Assembly: GCA_943704425.1 (NCBI GenBank)
Contig: CALSCP010001488.1
Span: forward strand, 88,416-152,415
Length of the DNA: 64,000 nt
DNA from: Ministeria vibrans ATCC 50519
Taxonomy: Eukaryota; Protista; Filasterea
Direction of reading: 5' to 3'
The notes under the pieces are model-generated. The model was not told the origin of the DNA, did no database searches, and worked only from the letters and a program-made list of their open reading frames with translations. The position numbers and the translations under genes are program-made. Shown one piece after another: positions 41,912 to 55,600 of this stretch (the stretch's first letter is position 1; each line of letters opens with the position of its first letter).

Positions 41912-42141
41912 CGCTGAATGTATAAAATAATTAAGAGATAATAAATTAATAACAATAATAATAATAATTCATAGAAATTAATAACAATAATAATTTAATA
42001 CGTGAAAGACTGAAAGTTCTGTTGAGAACTTGAAATTTAAGATTAATCACTCTTACGTTACAGCTTATTGTCTTATTGTCATCCAGGCTCCAGTCTGCTC
42101 TGATCGCTTCTGTATCGCCCTGCTCGTCTCTCCTGCGTGCG

Positions 42142-44343
42142 ATGGAAGCCTGGCTCGACCGAACGTGTCGGTCGTTGAAGGTAAAGCGCAGAACGAACGA
42201 ACGAACACTCTCGCCTGACCCACTGCCCGCCGCGCCTTGCCAGTACGAAGACCCCGTCGCCACCTGCACCGACGTCTCCATCTGTCTCACCCAGTATCCT
42301 CAACTCTTGGCGAAAACTGACGACTTCAGTAAGACTTTTTTTTTTCTTCGTCGCAACACAGTCTTCACATCGCACTGCGCACAGGATCTTGTCCTCTCGA
42401 CTTGTCCCACTTACTAATTACACCGTTTGAACGAGAAACAACGGGTTCATTCGCCGTGCAAGGGGCGAAATGAGCACCAAGTTCTTTATTGTCGACCCGT
42501 TTTCGCCTCCTCCTTCCTCTCCTGCCCGTCTCGTCCACGCCCTCGCGCCCACACCCTCACACCCACACTGACCCGTCGCTCCTCCTTCCCCTCCTTCACA
42601 GCCTTTGACTCGGGGTCGACCCAAAAGCTGCTGTGTCTGTCGGGGACCGTTCCCGTCATCTTTCGTGGTACGTCCCCACTCTCTCTCTCTCTCTCTCTCT
42701 TCCACTTCGCATCAATTTTTCCCTCTCTTTGTTGTTGGTTGCCAGGTGCCAAGTACAACATCCCCGTGACCATTTGGCTCAAGCCCATCCACCCCAACTC
42801 GTCTCCCTTCTGCTATGTGACTCCCACTAACACCATGTCGGTGGCGCCCGGTCGTCATGTGGACGCCAATGGTCTCATCTACTTGCCTTACCTGCACTCG
42901 TGGGCTCCTCGTGTAAGCCTCGATTGATCCTCCAAGAGAGATTGTTTGAACAAACGTTGTTTTGTCACATCCAGGTGTCGTCTTTGACCGACCTTTGTCG
43001 TACCATGTGCGGTGTATTTGGCACTGAATGTCCAGTCTACGCAAAACGTGCACCAACCGCGCACCAACCGCCCCCAGCGGCGCACCCTTCCACCGCGCGA
43101 CCTCCGTACTACCCTTCCACACCTTACTCAACGCCCTCCACGGCTGGCACGCCCTCCTACCCATACGGACCCACTTCGTCGCATCTGCCCTCACCCTTTC
43201 CCCCCACTGCCGGTACAGGTGTCGCTCCCGGCACTGCCTACCCCCACCTTCACACCCCCGCCGCACAGTCCCCACCATCATCATCGCAGCAGCAGCAACA
43301 GCAACCCTTCATGCCCGTCGCCGCCATGCCCAACCACACTGACTACCTCCCCCCGCCTGTGCCCTCCCCCACGCCCCCCACCAACAACAACGCCGGCGGT
43401 GGCAGCAGCAGCAGCAACAACAACAGCAACAACAATACGAGCCACAGTGTTGATAAAGACCAAGAAGCCGAAGATGAACTTACCGCACAATACCTCAAAC
43501 AGTCACAACAGTCGGCCGTCGAAGACAAAGTGCGTCGACGGCTGCGCGACGACATTGAGGCGGCACGCGCACGCCTCGTCAGTCTGCTGATGAACCGTGC
43601 TGATGTGGACGAGTACGCGCTGACGATCGAGCGCACACAAGCCAAACTCAACGAAGAAGAGGTACATCATGAATCGGATTGATCCATTGTGTGTTTTGCA
43701 TATATATTTATTTATTGGTTGCAGAGTCGTGTGAATGAGCTCGTTTCAATGCTCGAGACGCGCTGTGAGTCACTGGAGAGTGCATTGGCACGCGTAGAGA
43801 GTGTTCCCGACATCCGAGTGGACGAAGTAGTCACAACCACAGCGCCACTGTATGCACAGCTGCTCCAACTGGTTGCCAAGGTAACAAGAGAGTTAGAGAG
43901 AGAAACAACGTCATAGAGAGAGAGAAACAACGTGATAGAGAGAGAAACAAAGTGATATATAGAGAGAAACAAAGTGTTAGAGAGAGAGAAAAAAAACAAA
44001 GTGTTAGAGAGAGAAAAAAACAAAGTGATAGAGAGAGTGTGTGTCATGAGAAGAAAGAAACAGAGTGAGAGAAAAAGAGACAAAGAAAATGTTGGGAGAG
44101 AGAGAAAAGAAAAAGAAAGAAACGAAGTGATATGATAGAAACAAAAATTAAGTGTACTAACTGACTGGTGCACAGGAGTACGCGGTCGAGGACACCATCT
44201 ACCAACTGGGCAAAGCACTCTCACAGAAGCACCTCACGCTCAAGGCGTATCTCCAGCACGTCCGCCATCTCTCCCGTGCCCAGTTCATGCTCCGCGCGAC
44301 CATTCGAAAGGCCCGTCGCGTTGCAAACCTCCCCGATGTATAA
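42142..44343 (+). CDS. TSG101: ESCRT-I subunit TSG101/Vps23
   Basis: UEV domain LLCLSGTVPVIFRG|AKYNIPVTIWL...GRHVDANGLIYLPYLHSW, Pro-rich region, SAVEDKVRRRL coiled coil, steadiness box APLYAQLL...EYAVEDTIYQLG...RHLSRAQFMLRA. Confidence 0.95.
43885..44135. repeat. GA-rich repeat with AAACAAAGTG(A/T)TA units, TSG101 intron
   Basis: Several degenerate copies of the same unit seen at 36.7 kb. Confidence 0.85.
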
Positions 44344-44712
44344 AATTAATAACCATCTTACACATTCGTACTTTTTTCACACGCAACAGTTTGTCGAGGC
44401 ACGCATGCGATTTAACGGGGGGGGGGGGGGGGGGTTCACACAGCGATGCTGAGTCTACATTGCACTGACAAGTTGCCAGTCGTGTTCATGAAGTTACAGT
44501 TAGTGTTACACTTGTATTCCGGTTAGGGCTAGAAGAATTTAGGGTTGGTATTAGTGTTTGTATTACAGCCGAGGCATTGCGATTACTTTACATTTGATAA
44601 TCATGGTGCATCGTTGTCGTTGAAAAGATTCCGTACGGATGGAACGCGACAAGTTAAACAAACGTTTGGAAAAACAAAATAATCAATTATGTACAAACAA
44701 AGAGAAGGGCGA

Positions 44713-46186
44713 TCAGCGCTCGGCGTGGGACACCTTGACGCCAAGCATTTCCAGCAGGGCCTTGTCTGCATTGTCGTCCCACGCATTGCGATCCCACTCG
44801 CCCGGCAATGGGACCTACAGCAACCATGAGAATGATCAAGCCGTTATCTCATTCATTGTGTCTTTATACCTTTCGGGCGCGCTCAATGGCTTGTCTCTGG
44901 CGCCTGCGCTCCGTCTGTTGGGCAGCATCGGCAGCAGCCCCCCCACACCCCACCACCACCACACTCTCCAGCACCAGCGTGCGCGACACTGCCCCCACAA
45001 GCTCCACTCCGTCCGTCAGCGATTCCCCTATCCACAGTCGTCGTCGCTGGGCACTCCCCCCAAATCCCACTCCAACTGTCGCTGTGCGGCTCTTCTCCAC
45101 AAACACCGCAAAGGGTCGATCACAGTCGCACGCAGACTGCGCCGGCAGCAGCCGCAGCAAAGCTGCACCCGAGTCTGATCCAAACCCATTGCCTCCCTCG
45201 CTCCACTGCGTGTTGGTCGTCGCCACCCACACCACGCCCGTCCCACCCCCTTCCCGCACAACCGTCAGCGTCGGGCCCGCATAGCTCACAACGTGGTGCT
45301 TTAGACGGTTCAACGACGACCCGTGCTCACTGCGGTCGTATAGCACCTTCCATTGGGCCGCCCGTCGACCTGCAAACGCCGCTGGCACTCCCAACAGAAT
45401 CGCTGGGAGCAGCTCCTCGAGTTCTTGCTGTCGCTGAGCACTCCCCTCCGCAATCATCTCCGGCACATTGGTAGAGGTCAATTCTGAAAAGGGCCAGCGT
45501 GCAAGGTCACAGTTGGCCCGCTCACGCGCCTCCACCATCGTTTCGCCCGCCCACACCGACAAGCTGCTCGCAAGTTCGTATCGTAGCGGCGTAAACAAAT
45601 CTGCATCATCATCGCATTATCAACACATCACCCGCTTGCGTACCACTGCACATCTCACGGCCTACCTGGAATCTCTGTGGTAATGTAGGCAACGGCAGTG
45701 GCCATGCTCACTTCGCCCTGCGACGCGGCTTCGCCCCGGCCCATGACGCCCGCATGAAGCCCACTGACATTGCCCGAGCCCACACAGGCACCCAGCAGAA
45801 TCGCCACCTCAGCGCTCGTCAGCGTCTCACGCCCATCGCTAAACACAGCGAGCAGCGCGCGTGCATTGAGCGCGTCGTCGCGCCGCAGCAGCGCAGCGAC
45901 CCCTTCAACGAACGGCGCCACACTGAGCGACGCGTCGCCACCACGTCGAATGGCGTCGAAGAGAACGCGCGAAACCGACACATTCACATCGGACATGCCC
46001 CTCTGGAACATCTGCAGAGTGAGAGCGGGTGCCCCGGCCGGCAAGAGCCCCTACACAGAGAGAACAGCGAGAGATGACACAATTGTGTCATACTTATTAA
46101 AAAAAACGTCACTCAATTACTCGAAAGGCCCGGGCGATCCACTGCATGGCAGGATCAGGCGGTGTTTTTGAGTCGGCGTTGCCCAT
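44713..46186 (-). CDS. N-myristoylated TLDc-domain protein (Rtc5/MEAK7-like)
   Basis: MGNADSK start; degenerate EF-hand-like region; TLDc WKVLYDRSEHGSSLNRLKHHVVSYAGPTL...FGSDSG...VVVGCGG; C-terminal WDDNADKALLEMLGV. Confidence 0.85.
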
Positions 46187-46266
46187 GACGAAAGGGAGGC
46201 GATCGACAATAATTGAATGATCNNNNTTGTTTTTTATTCGTCGTTAAATGATGATAATAATTATTT

Positions 46267-47827
46267 TTATTCAAGAGAAAAGGCAGTGACATGTTCAAGG
46301 AGTTCGGCAAACACTCCGGATTTTCTTGTGATAATCTTAAACCGACCGTCTGTACCAATGGTACAAGCGCTACACCACAAAACACACACACACACACACA
46401 CAAGAAAAAAAACAAAAAAAAACAAAAGCAGTCAGTAAGGCATTGTGAGGTTTCGCGTCAAGGGGGCGTACTGAGTTGAGACGCGCACAAGAGTGAGCGC
46501 AGTGACATTGATGTGCATGTGATGGAAGATGTGGTCGAGAACGGCACGAAGGAGAGCATCGGCACACTCTGCGTCTGACGCATCGGTGCCCTGAGCAGCA
46601 CCCACAATGTTCAGATAGAGGGCGTGGAGGGCGCGCGGGTCGACTGAGACGGAGAGTTCACTGAGGCCCGCTTTCGAGACGGAGTCGGGAAGTCCGAAGA
46701 CAAATTCGTATGGGGCGCGTGGGGCGGTTGCGGGGAGACCACCCGCGTCGGACGGGTCGACAAGCCAGCGCACCGAGTTGAAGGCAAGCCACGAAAGTTC
46801 GGTGGGCGGCACACGCATTAGTGAGACGGAACAGTCATAGTGGCGACGCAGCCACAGACTCACCTCCTGTGCGATGCGTTTGGGACCCTTGACCAGCATG
46901 AGCGGCAAATGTGTAAAGTTGGGGTCGACGCGCGGGTGTAATGGTCGCGTCTCGTCCGTAACAGCGACCAAGACCACTGTGAGGATAGCTGCTGCGACCT
47001 TGGCTGCTTCTTGGCGCTTGGCCTCACGCTGGTTGCGCACCCACACGTCCTCCGTCTGTCGCGACCGAGTGCCAAGTGCCCTTCTGCGCAGCAGGTCTTC
47101 GTCGTCGGCGCCCTCACGTTCCGCAATTTCCTCGGGGTCCATGGGCAGGCGCAGCACTGTGATGGCGAGTGCATCGGCCACAGCGGAAGTGCACGGTCCA
47201 ACCGAACTGCGGATGCTGTCGGTGACCGAGCCCGTCTCGTCTGCCTGTCGCAACATCTCCATCATTTCCTGGTGCGAGTTGTCGTCACCAAGGCCGCTCA
47301 CACGACTAATCTTGGCGAGCAGGCGCCCGTCGCTAATCATGTCGGCCTCTTCCTTGACGCCCGTCGTCATGTCGCCAATCTCCATACTGCCATCGGCAAT
47401 GGTTTTCAGCTGCGCCGTCAACTGCCGCCCCATCGCCTCAAGCGACGCCTCGTCCGTGCGCATGCTGTACAGCGGCGACACCCGGTACATGGACCAGGTG
47501 CGCCCGACCAGGTGCGCCGCTGAGTTGACCGTAGCCGCCTGAAGTTGTCCGCTGGCATCGCGAACGCGTCGCAGCGCAAACGGCTGCTTCAGCGACAGCA
47601 CTTCGTCAAGGCGCCGCACCAGCCCAGCCTTCGACGACTAAGCACCAATCCAAACAGTCAGCCCCCATCCCAAAGCACCTCCCCCTCCATCGCTCGTCTC
47701 TTTTCCCAATTTCAACTTTCGCGCCCAAACTCGTTTTTTTGTTTTTTGTTTTTTGTGTTTTGACTCCCAAGTCACTTACCTGTTCGCTCAATGTCGGACT
47801 TGCCGCATGCGTCATAAGAGCACTCAT
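46267..47827 (-). CDS. CENPL: Centromere protein L (CENP-L/Fta1)
   Basis: RTWSMYRVSPLY, FTHLPLMLVKG...WLRRHYDC...ELSWLA, HIFHHMHINVTALTLVRVST and last exon IGTDGRFKII match CENP-L motifs. Three exons, in phase. Confidence 0.88.
47711..47725 (-). promoter_or_regulatory. Candidate CDE/E2F-CHR element in CENP-L intron 1 (GGCGC GAAA GTTGAA)
   Basis: Contains TTTCGCGC (E2F consensus) and a CHR-like hexamer (one mismatch) 4 nt from the GC core. Confidence 0.4.
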
Positions 47828-47929
47828 GCTGGAAACACAAAACGAGGCTGAAAACAAGTCTCAAGTCTGTCTGTCAAACGACAAAGCGAGAAATAAAAAA
47901 AAATAAACTGAATTTGATATTTTCAATTT

Positions 47930-47954
47930 TGATTGGAATTTGAAAAACCAATCA
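47930..47954. promoter_or_regulatory. Inverted CCAAT boxes flanking TTTGAA in the CENP-L/TPR bidirectional promoter
   Basis: TGATTGG-AA-TTTGAA-AAA-CCAATCA. Confidence 0.45.
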
Positions 47955-48129
47955 CAACAGATAATGGTGTGTGTGTGTTTTTGAGGGGAGGGCCGGCAGC
48001 TTGATCACTGATCAGATGCAAGCATTTAAGCACACACACGTCTTCAAACATGAACATGAACATAATTTTTGACTTTTGACTTTTGACTTTTGAGTTTTTT
48101 TTTCACCTTTTTTTCTTCACTTTTTTGTG

Positions 48130-51100
48130 ATGCTTGACGTTGGCTCGATTGCATCGGCACTCAGCGTGTCGGCCGATGTTGTCAGCCGATGCGCACAGCT
48201 GAGCAGCGTCGATGTGGATGCGCTCCTTGCGAGTGTTGCTGGCGTGGTGCCCAAACTGCTCAAAAACGACGACGTCGACACCGAATCGCAATTTCATGCG
48301 TTCGAATCCGAGCTGGACAGTGCCCGGCAGCAGGCGGAGGCGAGCGAACGCGAACGCGAGTCGCTCACGGCCAAACTCGACGAGGCGGTGGCGCGTGCGG
48401 AGCAGGCAACGCGCGACCTGGAGCAGTTTCGCGAGCAGGTTCGCGCGGCGCAGACTCAAGCGACCACGGCCGCCAGCCAGTCGGCGACAGCGACGAGCGC
48501 ACGCCAACAGGCGACGGAGGAGCTTACTCGCAAGCAGCTCGAGTGCGATCGCCTGACGGAGCAGCTTGCACAGTCGGCGGAGCGCGCTCAACAGCTCACC
48601 GACGAACGTGCGAAAATTCGTGCGGACCTCGAGGACGAGCGCAGCCAACGAATGACCGCGAGCGTTCGCGAGGAGCGACTCGGTCGCGAGAAGGAGCTTC
48701 TGCGCAAGGAGATCGAGTACCTCACCGAGCAGCTCTCGGCCAAGAGCAGCGAATTGTTCACAACAAAAACCGACGCAGCGTCGACCGGCAGTGTGCTCCG
48801 CCAAGAGCGTGACACGGCACGTGCCGAAGCCCAACAGCTCGACACCATCGTCGTCGAGTTGCGCGCGCGTCTTAGTGATCGCGATACCAAACTTGCTGCC
48901 GAAATGGAACGGTACAAGGAGGCGCGCACCGAACTGACCGAGGTTGAGGCTCGCTTCAAGACAGAACTCGCCACGCAGCAGCGTCTCGTCAACCTGTACC
49001 TCTCCAAGGACAGTGAGAGTACCAAGCAAATTGAACAACTCACGCGTGCGGTCGACGAGCTCCAGAAGCTCGTGGCGTCCGCCAAGGAGGACCGTGCGGC
49101 CGCCGTGAGTGCCGTCGAGCGCGACGCCGACGCCCTGCGCACCACCATCAAGGAACTCGATGCACGCATCGACCAGCTTGTCGTCGAAAACACCCGTGCT
49201 AACCAATTGCTTCAGTCGGGTCTCGACGGCGGCGACATCGACGATGGCAGTGGCAGTGGCACAGCAAGTGATCTGCAGCAGCATCAGGTGCCCATGTCCG
49301 TCTCCACCCCTCTCAAAACAGCCAAGACCGCCAGTTCGGCACTCGGCACACTGTCTCCAACAGCCGAAGTGGCCGGACGTCTGCTCAAGAGCGGTCTCTC
49401 CCTCACGGAAATGTACTCGCGTCTCAAGGACTCGCAGGCTGAGCTCATCACACAGCGCGACGAGAACCGTCGTCTCAACATGTTTCTCGAGCAGATTCTC
49501 TCTGAAATCGAACAGAAGGCGCCCGTGCTCAAGCAACAGCGTCGCGAATACGAGCAAGCACTTCAGCGCACTGCTCAGCTCACACAACGTCTCGACCTGG
49601 CACTGCGCACCGCTCAAGAGGGCGAAGAGCAGCTCAACACTTTGCGCGGCCGAGCGGACCACCTCGAGCGCGACAACGCTCGTCTCGTTCAGGAATCGGC
49701 TGATCTCTCGCGTCAGGTCTCCACACTGCTCAAGGAAGTCGCCGACGCACGCGGCGGGGTTGTGCTTGCTGCTCCCACGCAGCACTCTCAGCTACAGAAT
49801 GAGGGTGAGGATGGCGATGTGGAGATTGAACTGGATGCGAACCAGGTCATCTCGGGCACGCTTGTCGAGTTCCGTTCCATTGAGGAGCTACAGGCGCGCA
49901 ATCGGCAGTTGCTCAGTGCCTTGCGGTCGCTTGGCGCCGAAAAGGAGCGCGAGGAGCGCGAGCGCACCGAGCAAGTCACCGCCGACATGGTGGCCAAGCT
50001 GGAGAACGTCACTCACGAGCTGGAGGAGTTGCAGGCGGCACGCAAACGCCAACAGCCCATGGTCGAGAGCATTGTGCGCGAGCGAGACATGTACAAGGTG
50101 TTGTTGCGTCGCGCCACCGAGGGCACCGGTGCCGATGTGGTTGCCGCCGTGCAGCAGATCCAGCGACAGGGTGAATCGACCGGCGTCAGTGGTTCGGGCA
50201 GCGTGACAGAGGGTGGCGCATCGAATCCGTCGTCACCCAGTCAGGGTGCTGACGGCGGCGGTGGTCAGGCTCGCGCTCAGTTGCTCGAGCAGCTCAACGA
50301 AGCGCGCTCCAACGAGGCGATGGCGCGGCGTGCGGTTGACGAGGTGCAGTCCGAGTACGACACGTACCGCAAAGAACACGAGGCGAACGATCGCGTTGCG
50401 CAGGCCGAGCTGGCAAAGGTACGCGGCGACATGACCGACTTGCGCATTCTTTATGAGCGCGCGCGTGTCCAGAGCGAGTACCTCAGCGACCACAACAAGA
50501 CGTTGCAGCAGAATGTGGAGGCACAACAAAACGAGTACCAGACGTTGCGCACACGCATCGCGTCGATGAGTGAGGCCATTATCAAGCATGAGCGAGCACT
50601 CGCAAGTGCCGATGCGGAGCGTGCACAGCAAAAGGACCGCGAAGACCTGCTGCGTCGCGACTGTGCGCGTTTGCAGGCCGAGAAGGACGTGCTGACGCAG
50701 GCCGAGAAGCGCATGCAAGAGGAACTGCAGAGTGTGGCGACACAGCGCGGTCGGCTGTCGGATCTTGTGTCGGACATGCAGCGTGTGCAGAACAATCTGG
50801 AGCACGAGAGTTCGAGTGACCGTCGTCGCCTGCAGGAGAAGGTTGACGGGCTTGAGAAGGATCTTGTGCTGTCGCGCCATCGACTGCAGCAAGAGACGGA
50901 CCGCCATCAGGCGGTGGTGGCCGCCAACGAGACGGAGCTGCGTGTGGTGCGCTCGCAGCTCAGTGACGCTGCGCGCGTGCAACTGGAGACACGCGAAGAG
51001 CTTGTGAGCACCAAACATGCACTGCAGTCGGCCGTCGCTGAGCAGGAGTCGCTCAAGACACGACTAGACACAAGCGAGAAGCGTCTCACGGCCATCTTGG

Positions 51101-53121
51101 GTGGCGCGTCGGACTCGACTACGTCGCAAGGCGACAGTGGCGGCATTGCTCCCGAGCTGGTGACGTTGCGGCGTGAACTCAACGAACGCGAGCTAGAGGT
51201 GGCACAGCTCAAGGCGCGTGTGACCGCTGCCGAGCTGGATGCCGAGCAGTTCCGTTCGATTGCGTCAGCGACCGAAGAGGCGCTGGGCAATGTGAATCGT
51301 GTCGCGGCCGAGTACAAGGAGTCGGCCGAGCGCACGCTGGAGAACGAGCGAGCGGAGCGTGAGCGAGTGCAGACGGCCAATCGCGAACTTGAAGCGTCCC
51401 TTGGCGATCGTGCACGTGAGTTCCAGGAGCTCCAGGAACGCTTTGACGCGGAGGTGGAGCGTGCGCAAGAGGCGGCCAAGGTTTCGGCGGAGCGCATGGC
51501 AACACTGCAACAGTCTACGGACACGGCCGACGAGCGCATTGCGGCTGTCCGCGAAGACGTGCGTGTGCAATCCAAGTTGGCTGCGGACTCACAGGATCGC
51601 TATGAGCGTGAAGTCATGCTGCATGCAGCGACCATGAAGGCGCTGGGCGAAGTGCGCGCGCAACTGGCTACGTTTGAGACGCGTCAACGTGAACTCGAGA
51701 CGAGTCTGGCGGCAGCACAGGAGTCAACGAGCAGTGCGGAGCGCACGGCACATGCCGCAGTGAGTGCGAGCGAAACCGAGTTGGCCGAGGCGCGTCGTCG
51801 AATGGAGGACACGGAGCGTCAGAATGAGCTGCTGCACTCACAATTGGAGTCGCTGTCGGCACAGATGCAGCGACTGCAAGAGCGTGTGGGCCAGACGGGC
51901 GACGAGGGCGGCGCCGATGCTGATGGTGGCGACGAGGAGGGCGGACTGGATACATCGTTGAACACGTCGTTGAACACGTCGTTTGTCAACAAGGCCGATT
52001 CGGAGCGCTCGATGGAGGAACTGCGCGAGATTGCGCGCTACTTGCGACGCGAGCGTGAGATTGCGTCGTGTCAAAAGGAGTTGGCGGTGCAGGAGACGGA
52101 CCGTCTGAAGCAACAGGTGGATCACTACAAGCGACGTGTCGACGAGCTGCGTGTGACGCTCGGCGAAGAGCGCGAGGCGGCCGCTCGCCATGCCTCGTCG
52201 GAACAAGAACACGCGCAGCTGGTGGAGCAAGTGCAGCAGCTGAATCTCTTGCGTGAGTCCAATGCCATGCTGCGAGCGGACAGCACGCGTCTCGAGGGCC
52301 ACAACCGTGAGTTGCAGGCCAAGGTGGGAGAGCTGGAGAGTCAGATTCAGCCGGCAATGGAGGCGAAGCGCACGGTGACGGCAGCCAAGGAGGCGCTCGA
52401 AGCGGAGAAGGCGGCCCTCACGCGCGAGAATATGCGCTGGAAGGAACGCGTCAACCAGCTTCTTGTCAAGTACAAACGCATCGACCCCGAAGAGCACCGC
52501 AAGCTGACCGAGGAGCACGCGCGCGCCATGGAAGAGGTCGCGGCAGCGCAGGCACTTGCGACCGAGGCGACGGCGGCCAAGGACGCACTGACGGCGGCCA
52601 AGGATGAGCTGGCGGCGCGCATCACGGACCTTGAGAGCGAGAATGCGGCTGTGGCTGCCGAGCTCACCGAGTCCAAGACAAAAGTGGACAAGTTCCGAAC
52701 TATGTCCAAGTTTTGGGCGGACAAGACCAAGGAGGAGCGTGCGAAGCTGAGCGAGGCACAGCAGGCACTAGAGGAGGCGAAGAAGGCGGCAGGTGCAGCC
52801 GAGTCGGCGACCGAGGCCACTGCGCAGGTGCAGCAGCTTGAGGAGCGCGTGCGTGTGCTTGGTGAGCAGGAGACGACAATTCGAGCGGACCTGGTCAAGT
52901 CACAGCAATCGCTGCAGGAGACCTCTGAGAAGCTCAAGGCACAGCGCACAACGTTTATGACCAAAATGCGCGATGCTGTGGGAAAACTAACTGCCAAGGA
53001 CAAGCTCATCACGTCCAAGGATACCGAACTGGAGCAGCTCAAGACACGCTTGGCCGAGGCCGAGCGTCAGCCGAAGGGGTTGCCCGTCAAGGCTGCAGCT
53101 CCAGTTGGTCTGGCCAAACCC

Positions 53122-53163
<42 letters not shown>

Positions 53164-54919
53164 CCAGCAGCAGCAACACCAGCAGCAACAACAAAAGCAG
53201 AAACAACAGCAGCAGCAACAGCACCGGTGACAAGTACAGCAGCTCCAACTGCGCCTGTTGTTGTTCGACCTTCGCCAATTAAGCGTCCACGCGACGATGC
53301 AACGTCGCCCGTTGCTTCGGAGGAGTTGAAGCGAGCCAGGACGGAACCGGCAGTGGCTGAGTCACCCAAGGCGGAAGTGACGCCTGTCATAAGCACAACG
53401 ACTACCACCACCACAACGCCGGTCGCTGCTGCAAAGAGACCGCGCGAGGATGAGGCGGTTGAAGTTGCGCCCGCTCCAGTTGCACCTCCGGTCGCAACTC
53501 CAGCGGCAACAACGACCGAGGATCCTGCGCCAAAGAAGGCTCGTCTGTCGCTTCCTGTCGAGCAGGAGACTTCCACGCCAATGGAGACAGACACTGCTGC
53601 TCCCTCAGAGCCGACGTCTGAACCAACGACCACCACAGCTACCACAACTCCCACAGCGTCATCGACGTCAACAGCAGCTGTGTCCGACCCTGTCGTTGCC
53701 GCGACACCCGACAGTGCGACTGAACCTGCAGCGGAACCGACAGTGGCGAGCGAGTCTCTTTCGAACGAAGGGCCTTCAGCTGTCTCAACAGCGCCCGTTG
53801 TGACTCCTATTGCTGCTACGACTGCTGCTGCTGCTGCTGCGCCTACCCCCCCTACTGCTGCGACAACGGCGTCACCGATTCGTCCGTCGACATTTGGTAG
53901 TCTCTCTCCTGTGTGGGGCGCGCCTCGTTTTGGTGCTGCTGCAGCTACCGGTGCTGGTGGTGCTGGTGGTGGCAGTGGCTCTTCTCCGTTCCGCCCCGGT
54001 CGTCTCCCGGCTCCCGTGCTTCGTGCTACCTCACCACTGGTGCCAAGCTCAGCTGCGCTTGGCACTACAACGACGATTGCTCCTGCCTGGACTGCCAACC
54101 CGACCATTGTTGCCGCAACATCTACAGTGGCATCGACCGCTACGACGACTGCGCCCACAACGTCCGTCGCTCAGCGTCGCCCTCCCATGCCACCTTTTTC
54201 GCTGGGTTCCGTGCCTCCTCAGCAAGCAGCCGGTCTCGACGAAGACAGTGCTGTACCAAGCACCCCAACCTTTTTTACGCCCAGCTCGGCCGCGGTCGTC
54301 TCCGAGGCACCCGCCTTTGAGACAGCTGTGCCTCCGTCGGGATCTGTGGAAGCGACAGACACAACGGGAATGCCCGACGAGGGCGTTCCAGCGGCCGTTC
54401 CCGAGGACGATGATGACGACGAAGAGGCGGTAATGGATGGCGAGGAGGATGAGGGTGATTTTGAAGTGGTACCGGTCGCAGAGGATGGTGAGAATGATGA
54501 GGACGAAGTGGTGCCCGAGGAGGAGGAGGAAGAAGGGGAGGAGGAGGAAGAGGAAGAAGGGGAGGGGGAGGAGGAGCGAGGGGAGGAGGGTAACGATGAG
54601 GAAGAGGATGCAGCTATGGCTGAGTATGAGGCTGAGAATGCCGACACGGCAATGGAGTCGCCGGTGCTCGACGACGACGAGGCGGGCTTGGGCGAGGAGG
54701 ACAGTGCTACGCCGGATGCTGACACAGCTGTACTTGAAGTGGGCGAAGAAGTCGCAGAGGGGGAGGAAGAGGAGGAAGAAGTGGAGACCAGCCGTGAGGC
54801 GTTGCTGAGAAAGAAACTGCTTGAATCGCGCAAGCCCACTGTTTCTTCTACGACAGCGACAACAACGACAACGGCCTCTCCCCTCAATGTGAACGCACCT
54901 GCGTTTGTACCACCGCCTG

Positions 54920-54951
<32 letters not shown>

Positions 54952-55449
54952 GCTGCTGCCACTGTGACTCCCGAGCTTCCAGTTCTCACGGGCGATGTGC
55001 TTGACAGTGAACTCAACCAGACAGAGACTCCCGCGACAACGGTGACTGTGACACCCGTCGCAACAACGACAACGACCACTGCGACACCACCAGCGACGAC
55101 AGGAACTGCTGCCACTACTACCACCACTACCGCTGCTCCTACCGCCGCCACAACAGTTGTGAAGAGTGCCAAGTTCACTACCGCGCGAAAGGGTGTCGGT
55201 ATGAGTGGCCTTGGAGCGCCTGTGCGCAAGGTGGTCAACCTGACCAGCAATCCCAAGAGTCGTCCACCGTTTTCTCGTGGCGGTGGTACTTCCGTGCACA
55301 CGGGCGGTGCGACTGCGGCTGCGACATCGGCTGCGGCGACTGCAAGCAGCGACGGCGGCCGTGGGGGTAGCACGGCAGGCACACGTGGCCGACGGGGCCT
55401 CAACAAGCCAACGCGTGGCAAGCGCGGTCGTGGTCGTGGCGGCGTTTAG
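48130..55449 (+). CDS. TPR: Nuclear basket nucleoporin TPR/Mlp1, intronless ~2440 aa
   Basis: Long coiled coil with KSGLSLTEMYS, ILSEIEQKAPVLKQQRREYE, LVEFRSIEELQARN, LNLLRESNAMLR, RWKERVNQLL...IDPEE; acidic low-complexity tail with VPSTPT. Confidence 0.93.
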
Positions 55450-55600
55450 AGCGAATCAGACAGAGGGAGAGAAAAAGAGAGAAACAGAGAGAGAGAGAGA
55501 TAGTTTTTTGAATGTTTGTGAGACTTGTGTGGGCGAATGAAGAAGAAGAAGAATAGAAAAAAAATACAAATCAATTTTCGTTTTTATGTTGTATGTTGGG

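Noticed and set aside
48103-49785. 560-aa antisense ORF, and other long antisense or alternate-frame ORFs over TPR, dynein, SREBP and COPA
   Set aside because: Expected shadows of GC-rich, codon-biased coding strands; no recognisable motifs.
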